From Octopus bimaculoides (Eukaryota): 64,000 nt of DNA. The stretch is taken from assembly GCF_001194135.2 (NCBI RefSeq), contig NC_068990.1:4845603-4909602 (forward strand), in the 5' to 3' direction. A program made the translations under genes and the position numbers. The stretch's first letter is position 1, and each line of letters begins with the position of its first letter. This document shows positions 1 through 11,620 of the stretch, one piece after another. The notes beneath the pieces are model-generated. The model saw only the letters and a program-made list of their open reading frames with translations. It was not told the origin of the DNA and made no database searches.

Positions 1-131
1 TTTCAGCCAGTTAAGCCATCTGATGATGCAAATATCAATGGTGTCTTTAATATTTTGAATATACTTTCTAAGAAATAGAAACCAGGAAAACTTCAGTTAC
101 AGGAACATGAACACTTTTGTGGAAGCCAAGG

Positions 132-182
<51 letters not shown>

Positions 183-329
183 AGAGACAAATAAACAGAC
201 AGATAGACACACAGATCACCATTTTACAGCTTGCTCTTGTAAGTTAATATGAACTAGAAAGCTTTCAAAGCATCTCTCCACTCATTGTAACTCTTTGTCA
301 GCTGGCAGAGAAACAGATACTTTTGCTAT

Positions 330-945
330 TGACTGTGCATTTATTTCATTTTATTGTGCTACCATCAACAGAGATGTTATCGTCAGAGTGAAAACGAAAA
401 AAAGAGTCTTCTTTAACCTATCTTTAAAATATGTATACAAATACACATTCGTTCTCTCATACATGGCTACATACACCTGTGAAAAGTGCAGAGAGTCTAA
501 TGCTTGTGTACAAAGTGCAATATTGTACAGTAGCAATATATGGGCATAAGCTGAAGAAGAAAAGCAAAAGCTGAAAATAAAAAGCAAGTATGCACTGCTG
601 AATGTGTAATGTTAGTAGATATAAACAGCAAAGCACAAATAAACAGAGAGCCAAACTAAGAGAGCTATCAGTTGTAGTACACAAAAGAGACAGCTGCGCT
701 GGTATAGATGTGTAATGCATACAGAGAGTGACAATAAGGGAAAAAAGGTTTCTAGGAATCCAAGAGGAAGGAAGCTGATGAAGAAGAGAACTTGGGAAGA
801 CATGGGAAGAGGTGGTGAAAGCTAATCTCAGGAGGCTGAACTTCATCAAAGAGACAACAAGGAATTGCATCAAGTGGTGTGATGCCTTGGTAGAGGAGAC
901 TCAGCCAACCCAAGCAAAAATGGGAAAAAGGATGTAGAATGATGA
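330..945 (+). mobile_element. Degenerate RTE-clade LINE, 3' part of ORF
   Basis: Pieces across frames read NACVQSAILYSSNIWA, MCNVS, KRQLRWYRCVM, TWEEVVKANLRRLNF. These match the RTE motifs ACVRSAMLHGSETW, LRWYGHV and RKTWxEVV also seen at 61064-61387. Confidence 0.85.
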
Positions 946-2799
946 GATACATTGATACAATATGCTATGTTACTAGTTGTGTATAAAATCTTGCCTTCTT
1001 TGCGAAACATTCTTTTATAAAATCACAGAAAAATTTGCATTTTCTAAGTTTTGTATTGAAACAAATAAGCCTTGTGAAAATTACAGCTCCAACAATCAAA
1101 CCTCCAGCCTTTTAGAGTTAATATATTTTCATGAAAGATCATTGCTGTAACTTCAGAAATATTAGAAACTAAGGCATCGAATAGAAATCATAAATTTGTT
1201 TGTAATTACAAATTTCAATCAAATTATGAACTTTATCATTTTAGAATAAAGCAGCTATAAATGAAATAAAGATATATAATTACAAGGTTGCTTATATATT
1301 CTTAAATACTTCAAAGATTAGCTTTTATTTTCGTTTGATGATAGCATAGATGTTGCATAAAAGTTAAGATACTTTAAGGAACTCCACAAAATTTTCTTAA
1401 ACTTCCACTACACACACATGCTTATATACACTTACATGTATACAGAAAAGCTAAACTGATTTACATAATATATATATATTTTGCTTACATTGTTTTTTGA
1501 ATTTCTAAACATTATTTTAGAGTTAGCTATTTGCAGCACTGAAACCTGAAAGCAACATCATTTAAACACTACTCACATGTTCCTATTTTGTTACTTTGTA
1601 TCCTTATTATCTGTCTTAAACTATCAAATAACTGTAAAAGGTAAACCTGTTTTATATTGTTTCATGAAATAATACATTCTAAAATTCTGTTTCATTTCAT
1701 GGATTAAATGACTGAAAGCAATATTTTCAAATATACCATTTATTTTCTTGTGTATTTAGTTGCACTTCTTCTCCTTCTAGCTTTGAGTTTATCTACAACA
1801 ACAGAATATACTCTATTGAGTTTACATCTTGGAAAGCATATTCTCTTTCATTTAAATATAGCAGTTAATTAGCACCAGATCAACTCTCTAAATGATTACT
1901 TGCTAGAAATAGCACCAAATTTCTTCAAATCAAATACTACTATCTCACAAAAAATGAAGAATACATTAGACACCAGAGTCCTAGACTTACAAAACATTGG
2001 GTTATTACATTTGAAATGCGTTTGATCTTAGGATTACTCAATCAGGGCTAATCTAGGATTAAATAACAGTCTAGCAAAGTACTATTCCAAGTGACATCGA
2101 CAGTATATTTTGCATTAAGAGCAAGAACATATATNNNNNNNNNNTATATATTCCAAACTAAATTATAATTTTTAGTCTTCCCAGTTTTTATCACCTGATT
2201 TTATTTCATTTTCTTCGCTGTAATAGTATTCCCATCCTAATATATGTGCAGAAAGTTGATCGCTAATAAGGTAATCCATGATAAGTCAAATATTTTTATA
2301 TAATCAACTTGCTTCTTTATGCGACAATGTATTCTTCTTTTCTAAAAGTTTCATTGTTAAAATTCCTCACTGACCGATATTATATATATAATTCCTTACT
2401 AACCAATATTATATATTTTATCACTTTAATTCCAAAGTATTTTAAGTAACATATATTGGTGAAGTTCATTCAAGCTGCTGACTTTTTGCTTGGTTACGAT
2501 GAAACAAATATCTATTCTGCAGTAGAATTATTCTACCACATAGGTAGGTTTGAACTGTAACCTAACAGCCTACCATCATCTATCATTTTACATTCGTTTT
2601 TCTCTTTTGCATACGTAGGATGGATGAGTCTTCTCAAGTACAGCAACTTGCTGCTTGTAGCAGTTCTTTGTCTTCTCCTTCATGTCTGCTACTCCTTTAC
2701 TCATCTATCATCTTGCTGAGCACATCCTTTTACATCGCTTCCATGATACTCACAAACCATTCATCTGCATCTAGTTTATCTTAGTGCCTATCAGACTAC

Positions 2800-3345
2800 A
2801 AAGCATGATACAATGAACTTTTCCGGATCAGTGGACACTACTTGGACAATCTCGGAGTCATTTCCCTGAAGTGAGCTTACTGAATAAGACTTGTTGTGGG
2901 AACCTTGATTCTTCCAGTCTTGCTACATGCCCTAGCCATCAAAGATGGTGTTCCATTATCAGTGACTCGATACTTTGGGCGTTGGCCCTTTCCAGGATTT
3001 TCTTGTTGGTCACATAGCAGGACCAACTCAAAGCAACACTGGAAGCCACTGAACCTAAATCGTTTGAAACTCATAAACAACACCATACCAAGGGGCAGTG
3101 TTCCATCACCATTCGAACCAAAAACTTCAAAGCCACCAGAAGAGAAAAGGAAGAAATCAAACAACAGGAGAGAAAGGCTCGACAAAATCAACCTCATCCT
3201 CTACTAACATTACCATGCAGTCAATGCCATCGACTCTTCTATGCAAGAATTGGTCTATTGAGTCATCAACAGCCTCACAATAAAGGAAGCATTAAGCAAA
3301 GAAGAAACTAAATTCTCAGATACAAGATAAAGCCACCACCCCGAC
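2800..3345 (+). mobile_element. Degenerate RTE-like LINE 3' end with C-terminal C2H2 zinc finger
   Basis: An unlisted frame reads *QDQLKATLEA...RREKEEIKQQERKARQ...LPCSQCHRLFYARIGLLSHQQPH (finger 3216-3278, stop 3309-3311). The CxxCxRxFxARIGLxSHxxxH terminus is typical of RTE-clade ORFs. Confidence 0.75.
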
Positions 3346-4845
3346 TGCTGATTGCTTGGAATACTTATTCTTTGCTGAGAACATTTTCTGTAATTGTCTC
3401 ACTTAGAAAAAGACATCAGCAATACCTTGTTCTGGTACAGAACTGAACTTCATTAAATCTAAGCTAATTTTTTTCTTAATGACTTATGCAATAACTCCTT
3501 TTTTTTCTTTCTTCTATAAATTGATCCATTAGTTTGATGCTTCTGTAGTTGTTTTGTTTCTAGAGTATTCCCTCTCCACTTTTAGCTGTTAATTGTGATG
3601 CTACTGACCCAGTCATTAGAATGTTTATAGCGACACATAGTGATGAACAACATGGTATTCAAATTATTGATTTAAAGAGAAGTTGTGGCTTTTCATTAAA
3701 AATTTATTTATTGTAGTATCTACCAATCCTGTCATCTTCTTTTTTCTCTTTCAACTACCAGAATAGTTCGTTTATTTTCTCTCTATTTGAATTGGGATGG
3801 AGTACAAAGTATTGTTTCTTGCTTAATGTAAAGCATAGGGTGAAAGTTTAAATACAGTTAAAGTTTAGTATTTTCTACTGTATTCATGAACAAAATTTTT
3901 TCTTTCTCCCATCATTGTTATAAATCTTCAACATAAAGCATGGAGTGAAGGTTGTTTTAGTAGCTAGAATTTGGAAAACCATCCAAACATTAAATCAAAA
4001 TGGTGAATGTGGAATGCATAACTTATATGAGTTATGGAGAAAAGCAACATTTCATTATCATGTAAGCAACTGGATTTATAAGTGCATTTCATGCATTTTA
4101 CATATACTTTGGTTAGATGGTTCCAAATAGAAACTGAAATGAAAGTGTTAATCATAAAATATTTTAGCAGGTAAAGCTGAATGAGACAAAATCAAACTGA
4201 TTTACCAGATGGCTAATTTTAGATGAAGTGGAACCAACCATAAGTACAATCCGTATCATATGCTCAGCTGCCAGTGTTTATTCCAATACTGCATCTGAAA
4301 TGCAGAAACTCTGTTCACAGCGTATAGGTCAAAAAGGCTTACATTTATTTGTTTTAGTCTTTATTATAAATTCATCATCATCAGCATCATCGCTTGCTTT
4401 TGATATTAACAAGAAAATGGGAACATACAAATGGTGTTAAAATTGGGCATATATATATATATATATATATANNNNNNNNNNNNNNNNNNNNNNNNNNNNN
4501 NNNNNNNNNNNNNNNNNNNNNNNNNNNNNNNNNNNNNNNNNNNNNNNNNNNNNNNNNNNNNNNNNNNNNNNNNNNNNNNNNNNNNNNNNNNNNNNNNNNN
4601 NNNNNNNNNNNNNNNNNNNNNNNNNNNNNNNNNNNNNNNNNNNNNNNNNNNNNNNNNNNNNNNNNNNNNNNNNNNNNNNNNNNNNNNNNNNNNNNNNNNN
4701 NNNNNNNNNNNNNNNNNNNNNNNNNNNNNNNNNNNNNNNNNNNNNNNNNNNNNNNNNNNNNNNNNNNNNNNNNNNNNNNNNNNNNNNNNNNNNNNNNNNN
4801 NNNNNNNNNNNNNNNNNNNNNNNNNNNNNNNNNNNNNNNNNNNNN

Positions 4846-4897
<52 letters not shown>

Positions 4898-6239
4898 ATG
4901 TTACTATATTCAAAGTGTTCTAGGTTGAAAAATGATTCTGAGCAGAAAAGTCTTACCTAAATTATCTCAGACTGATAAGCTTTAAATGAAAATATCAAAG
5001 CATGAAAATAAATTTGGAACTTATAAGAAAAAATACGATGAAATAATTGGTTTTCATAATAAAGTTGAAAGTAAATAATGAAGCCCATATGACAGTTTAA
5101 ATATTAATTTATATATTATATTATTTTTTAAATGGTTTCTGTTGGGAAAGAATTGTCCATAGACATTGTATATTGTCCAAGGCAAGTGAAATCAATGCAG
5201 TTGATATCTTTGAATGATAGTAAGTTGATGACTAGGAAAAATATGAGCAGAGAAGAAATTCAAGAGGGATGATGTTCTGGGGAAAGCAATAATTGGAGAT
5301 GTTTTAGAGTAGGTTGTAGAGTAGTGGGCAGTGGAGTGGACAAAATATAGGTGGTATGGAAAGAGGCAAGTCAGTTGGGTGGGCTTGGGTGGAGATGGCA
5401 TGACATCAGCTAGCCTGGGGAGCAAAGACCATTGTAAAAGTCGTAGAAATAGTACATCTGTGGCCCAGAGGTTAGGTTGGATATTTTGGTGGCTGACTCT
5501 ATTTCAATTAGTCAATTGGCCCATTTTAGAACACAGTATAATGCTTTAAATATACTAATCTTTCTAACTAAAAAAAATATTACGATTCCACTTTGTGATT
5601 GTATTGTTGATACCAAGAACAAAATCTTTCTATAAAATATGTTTCCAAGAAGTCATTCAAAAGTCAAAATTGCCAGAAGAAAACAGAACAAAAATGCATT
5701 AAAAAAAAATCATAAAAAATCTACCAAACAATTATATTCAACTAGATAAGAAAATGTCAGAGTATGTGATATTAGTAAAGACTGATGAAAAAAAAAACTG
5801 TTTGTTGATGTTAAGAAAAAAAGAAAATAAAACAACTATCATGATAATGACGTGTATTTGGTATTTATGATAAGTAACTCAAGCGATAAGGTGTACGTAG
5901 AATATTTTAGAGCTCTCACATAAATGTCAATCATAAGTAAAAGTCATATGGATACATTAGCTGCACATGTTTGTATGCTAAGGAAAAAGAGAGAAGAAAG
6001 AGAGTGAGAAAAGAAGGTGAGCACAATTGAATATAAGAAAGGTCCGAGCTATACTTATATACGTTTTATGCTACATTTTGTGAACAATTGCATCACGGGT
6101 TATAGGTTTCGAATGAGCAAATCACTGGTTTACTGCATTTCCAATAATGTGAGTGACAAGAGAGTATTTGTGTAACTTGGCTGAAATAAATACCACGAGA
6201 TGGTTTTATATGCCAATAAATTTTTCTCTGACACACAAG

Positions 6240-6455
6240 CACACACATATGACAGGTTTATACAGTTTGTGTTTACTAAATTTCAGTAACAAATCATTGT
6301 TTAAGACAAGGATATGATAGCAGACACTTTGGCAAGGTACTATGTAGCGAAATTGAATCTGAAATCACCAGGTTCCAAGGCTGTGTAGTGGAATTGAATC
6401 TAAAACCACATGGTTACAAGATAATTTCACTAACTCATCCATGTATCCTGTACCC
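6240..6455 (-). mobile_element. Degenerate tRNA-derived SINE (family 1), with duplicated head segment
   Basis: Similar to the copy at 15696-16120 (agacactttggcaagg...gaattgaatct...aaccacatgg). Confidence 0.6.
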
Positions 6456-9400
6456 ATGTTTTTATTTTGTATTATATATTTTTTTTGCTAATACATGAGT
6501 GAAGTCCATTTTCACATCCAATGCAGGGAATAAGAAATCTAAAATACTCTAGGGAATATATATGTTATGTTTAAAATAGAATATTAGTCTCCAACCAAAA
6601 TTTTGTAGAAAAAAATAATTTAGCCTCCTTTGATACAATAGAACAAAAAGGAATTTTATCAGAATGCTTGCGGTGGAAAAAAAAGAGAGAATTATAAATA
6701 TACTCTACTTATACCATAATAAACTTATTTAGGTGATTTTGTGATAATATATCAAAGATATATTTTTCTGATCAGTTGTGATGCTTTACTACCATATAAA
6801 AACGACGTTTTTCTTTATAAAGGGTGAGAATGACAGATGAAAGGATATAAGCAATTAGGATTTTGAAATTAAATGCAAGAATAGATGGAAATATATAGAG
6901 GCAGTGTATTTTCAGAAAAAACTTGTTAGGAGGAGAAGCAACTCAATATCCTTTGGGGTAGACTTTGATAAAAAGAAACAGTATATCACTACAAAAGCTA
7001 TGTGCAGCAAGTTTAGATTAAATTTTTTATTATAGACAATTTGGTATATCAAGCAAAATACAGTTCTTTTGAATGAATTGAGTATATTTGTGAACTTTCA
7101 TAATACTCATAGTTTTATGCTTGTAGTCTTAAACCAAAGTAGCATACACAGTAGAGAATTGCCACAAGTTCAAAATATTTCCATAGATGTATTTAAATTT
7201 TTTGCCTCCATAAATATTTATATAGTTATCACTTAACTAATCAACACTCTACCTCCAAAAGCAGTTTGAAAATGAAAAATCACTATCCTTCACTGCTTGT
7301 GGTTACCGTAGGAAAGATATCAAGCTGAAAGATTTTAATCCAAAGCACATGGAAAATTATTATAAGCAAATTCTTACTTTCATTAGTTTCTGCAATATTT
7401 TACAGAGGAAATCAATAAATATCTAAACCAAATTCCTTTTCAGAAATTAAAATTGTAATCGTATTTTTAACTGTGGATATTTTGCATGTCTTTGGGTATT
7501 CATTTGAAGTTCACTGTAAATGTCATTTTTTTAATAGATATATGTGTATCAGTCACTCTACTAGCATGTGTGTCTTCCTGTAGATAAAAAGATATAAGGA
7601 GATAAGAAAGCACTCATGAGGAAAGATAGATAAATTGTGTTATACTTCACATTTTAGAATGTTTGTTAAATGTGATTTGAATGTTAATGAAAAATGTTAT
7701 TTAATTATGATAATAATTTTTATTAGTTTATCAAGACTTCTGCTTAAATTGATAGCATGTTGAACTGCTGACTGAAATGCCAGCAATTTGTGCTCTTGAA
7801 CAGTCATGTGCTTATGGTAAAAACCTATCACTCTGAAACACAATTATACAGTTTTGGAACTGATAAGGGCTTACTTAGTTTAATTGCTCAAGATCTACTA
7901 TTTGAAATCTTCAAAGAGTGATTTTTTATGACATAATAGTCGATGAAAGCCTGACACGCTAATTTAGCCTGTTAAACAATAGTGGGTGTAAAAATATTTA
8001 GTTGGTCATTTACTGTGTCATGAAGTGTTGTCAAAAGTAAATTTATCTGCTTATCTTGTTTTTTTTTTTATTACATTGACTACTACTTTAACCAAATATA
8101 AATGAATAAAATCCATACAAATTTCCAAAAATCAAATATAAAGTATGTAGTCAGTAAAATAAAAGCAGCTGATTTAGAAAATAGTTTGATACAAAATCAA
8201 ATCACTGTGATATGAAGTGAATGGAACTTGTGATACAGATTGGTTTAGCTTATACGATTGGAACAAAGCAACTATACTATAGTAAAATGATGATGTTTAG
8301 AGGTGATTTTGTTTATTTTTTATATGCATATGCAATGTAGAATATTTCAAATTTCCATGTAATTAAATTATGGTGAATATAGCAAAAATAATTTGGATAA
8401 TATCTAAGATATTTGATTTTGAAGGCCAAATAATAATGGTATGTAGTTTATAATAGATATTCATTCCTATATTTAAGTTATTGAAGAGTACAGTTGATAA
8501 TTATAATATTAGTAAGATAGAAGAGTTCAGAATAATAATTATTCTAAAAGCTAAACATGCAATATTCTATCTTGTCTGAAATTAACATCATTTATACTTA
8601 GTACAGAAAACATTAAAAAAAAACCCATCAGTTTTCCTCAAATTCATATAGAAATGATTTTCAGTACAAGTTTGCATTAAACTGATTCTCAGTTAGTTTA
8701 ATAATATGTTTTCAACATAATCATACACTATCATATCAAGAATCTATTTATCTAGCATTATGATTAGATAAGTGGTTACAGAACTTCACTTATGGTCATA
8801 TGTTCGAATTTGGCATATAATTATATCTTTGTGCCAGATAAATTAATCTGCTTTATTTAGTTTACTTATCTGAAATTGCACATTAGTCTTTGTTTCTGTT
8901 AGAATTTATATTATAACTTGCTTAAAGAAGTCAAATATTGAAAGTTTCTGATATACTGAAAATATAGAAGGAACTTAAAATAAAGTGTTTTATGTGAACA
9001 TGTCAGATAAGCCATTTGCAACAAAAACAACAAGTTAGTGTTAGTATATTCAATACAGGGAATATAAAAATCTAACAAGAATTTATTTATGTGGTGAGGA
9101 AAAAAATATTAGTCACTGGCTTTTATACTGGTTGTTATAGAAAATTAGAATCTGTTGATATTCATTAGAAATAATTAATGGATTTTAATGCTTAATGTTA
9201 AAAAGAATACAAGTCAGTAAAAATATAATCATAGTTTGTCAGACTCACTAACAATATTGTGGGCAATATCTAAGATCTTTAAATGCTATTTTAAACATAA
9301 GTAAAAAGAGTTTCATATAGGAGAATGACTCAAATTTGGGGTATATCTGATATTGTTTTAGATCTGTCTGTTCAATCAAATATGTATAACAGATGAAATC

Positions 9401-9599
9401 AATTACTTATCTATATATACATGCATTATTAAAGAAATTTAGGATATCGATTAAAATGTTATAGCATTTTATTATGTTAAAGACAGCTAAAATTTCTAGA
9501 ATATTTTGTTTATTGAGACTAGTTGGATGCTTCCATTTCATGATCAGTAGTGTTAAACAATCCATGGCTTTTAACATCATATAATCCTTTGGGTACATA

Positions 9600-9745
9600 G
9601 TTATGTGGCTTAGAAGTTTGTTTTACAACTAAATGGTCTGAGGTTTGATCATAGTATAGCGTCTAGAGAATGTATTTCTATCATAGCATCAGGTTGATCA
9701 AAGCCCTGTTAGTGAAATTTGGTAAATTGAAATTGTGCAGAAGCT
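9600..9745 (+). mobile_element. Degenerate SINE family 1, 5' part
   Basis: tgtggcttagaagtttg...tatttctatcatagc...gtgaaattt(t)ggtaaattgaaattgtgcagaagc, homologous to 10671-10832. Confidence 0.55.
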
Positions 9746-10670
9746 TGTGAAAGGGCTAGTCTTGTTCTTCAGTTGCAGACCCGATGCATTGACTAATTTA
9801 ACACCAACCTGACACTTGGGAGTACTTAGCAGAGTCCATTTTCTTGCAAACATTTGGACCAGAACTCTGATTTGTGTGTAATTTTCTCTCTTCTCCCCAT
9901 CAGTTTCAGATGCCCTTTAAAAAATGGGTCATTAGTGCAGTCTTTCTTTCTCTGATTAACTCATTATAAAAATAAGCATTTCAATGCAAAAAAACACTTG
10001 GTCATCAGAAGTGTCACTAAACTATTTGATTCAAAAACCAACTAGCACATATTAACATGCCTGTATGCATATGCCTTTCAGTAAACAATGCTGACTAGTT
10101 AAGCATGTCAAATAGAATGAAATATTCATGAATGATTGAAAGAAATAAAATATTCTAATTGATGAATTATATAACAGTCACCAATGCAATTTACTATTAA
10201 CTTATTTAAATACAAATATAATAAATATAGTTGATAATTTTGCATACATATTGTTTACATATAAAATATTCATGTCTGTAACATCATTTTTGCCTGTAAA
10301 ATGTTTATTAATAACTGGAATCAATCCCCAATTGTTTAACAATGAAAGAGCTTTCACTAATCACTAAGAATATTGCATTGTGCCAGAGACTGCACCTTCA
10401 TTAGTTTGTTCCAATGTTTAATTGATCTAACTCAAAAATGCACAAAGATTAATGTTAACTGATAGATGAGGATAGATTTGGCATACTTATTTCAGTATTG
10501 AAAATATTTATAAAACAGATGTTCTCTTCTTATTCTGTCTCTTTGAGGGCTTTGAGTTTTTAAATCTAATACTGATTAGATCTTTTTTATATAAAGAAAT
10601 CCACCTCTATGTTTCTATTTGGCATAGTTTGAAACAAAGTACTATGTTACATTGGGAGGTTTAATTAATA

Positions 10671-10832
10671 GATGCAGGCATGATTGTGTGGTAAGAAACT
10701 TGCTTCCCAATGACATGGTTCTGGGTTCGTCCTACTGCATGGCATCTAGGGCAAGTGTCTTCTGCTATAGCCTCAGGCCAACCGAAGCACTGTGAGTGGA
10801 TTTGGTAGATGGAAACTGAAAGAAGCCTATTG
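10671..10832 (+). mobile_element. tRNA-derived SINE family 1, 5' half
   Basis: A-box-like TGATTGTGTGGTAAG, B-box-like GGTTCGTCC, and core ggcaagtgtcttctgctatagcc...gagtggatttggtagatggaaactgaaagaagcc shared with the other copies. Confidence 0.85.
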
Positions 10833-10840
10833 TATATATA

Positions 10841-11436
10841 TCATCGTCATCATTTAATGTCCATTGTCTATGCTGGCAAGCTGAAAGGCTGCACCAGACT
10901 CCAGTCTGATTTGACATGGTTTCTATAACTGGATGCTCTTTCTAATGCCAACCACTCCAAAAATGTAATGAGTGCTTTTATGTGCCACCAACACAAGTGC
11001 AATTTGTGTAACACCAATATCTGCCACAACTGTGATTTTATTTGGCTTGATGGGTCTTTTTCTCAAGCATGACATAATCACAAACATCTCGGTCATTTGT
11101 CATTGCCTCTGTGAGGCCCAACACTTGAAGGGTGCTTTTCCACATGCCACTAGTATCAGCCACCTAGCCTCCATGAAGCCCAATGCTTGAAAAGTGCTTT
11201 TGACATGCCACTGGCATTGGCCACTTTGCCTTCATGAGGCCCAACACTTGAAAGGTGCATTTTACACGCCACTGGTGGGGGTGCCAGTTACATGACACCA
11301 GCATTGGTCATGGCTACGATTTCACTTGGCCTAGTAGGGCTTCTCAAGCACAGCATGTTGCCAAAGTCATTGCCTTTGTGAGTCCCAAAGTTTGAAAATC
11401 ATGCTTCACCACCTCGTCCTATGTCTTCCTGGGTCT
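10841..11436 (-). mobile_element. RTE LINE 3' end and 3' UTR with (ATG)n tail, inserted inside a SINE
   Basis: (CAT)n tail on +, followed by ttaatgtcc...ggatgctctttctaatgccaaccac. The end at 11436 is the reverse complement of RPRKT*DEV. The two halves of SINE family 1 flank it. Confidence 0.8.
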
Positions 11437-11620
11437 ACACACACACATATGGTGTAGACTGGTGTTGGTACATTCACGTCACTGTAACTTAGAGGCTTGG
11501 CAAAATAGACTTATAGAATGAGTACTAGATCTAAAGAAAAAAAAAACCCTAGGTCAATTTGTTTGACTAAAACCCCAGCATAGCCACAGTCAAATGACTG
11601 AAACAAGTAAAAGATAAAAG
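11437..11620 (+). mobile_element. SINE family 1, 3' half
   Basis: Ends ccagcatagccacagtcaaatgactgaaacaagtaaaaga, as does the full copy at 21808-22211. Confidence 0.7.

Noticed and set aside
351-587. Minus-strand ORF with a strong acceptor at 551-552 (AYAHILLLYNIALC...)
   Set aside because: It is the antisense of the plus-strand RTE fragment (NACVQSAILYSSNIWA).
4387-4928. ORFs of 158-168 aa, and similar ones at 23391, 28060 and 45780-46175
   Set aside because: Artefacts of N-gaps and (TA)n.
5190-5500. Possible Penelope-like RT remnant on the minus strand (LKHLQLLLSPEHHPS*ISSL...)
   Set aside because: Resemblance is too loose and no diagnostic motif is intact.
7700-7832. Minus frame VIGFYHKHMTVQEHKLLAFQSAVQHAINLSRSLDKL after a good acceptor
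   Set aside because: No credible donor; length is within chance expectation.
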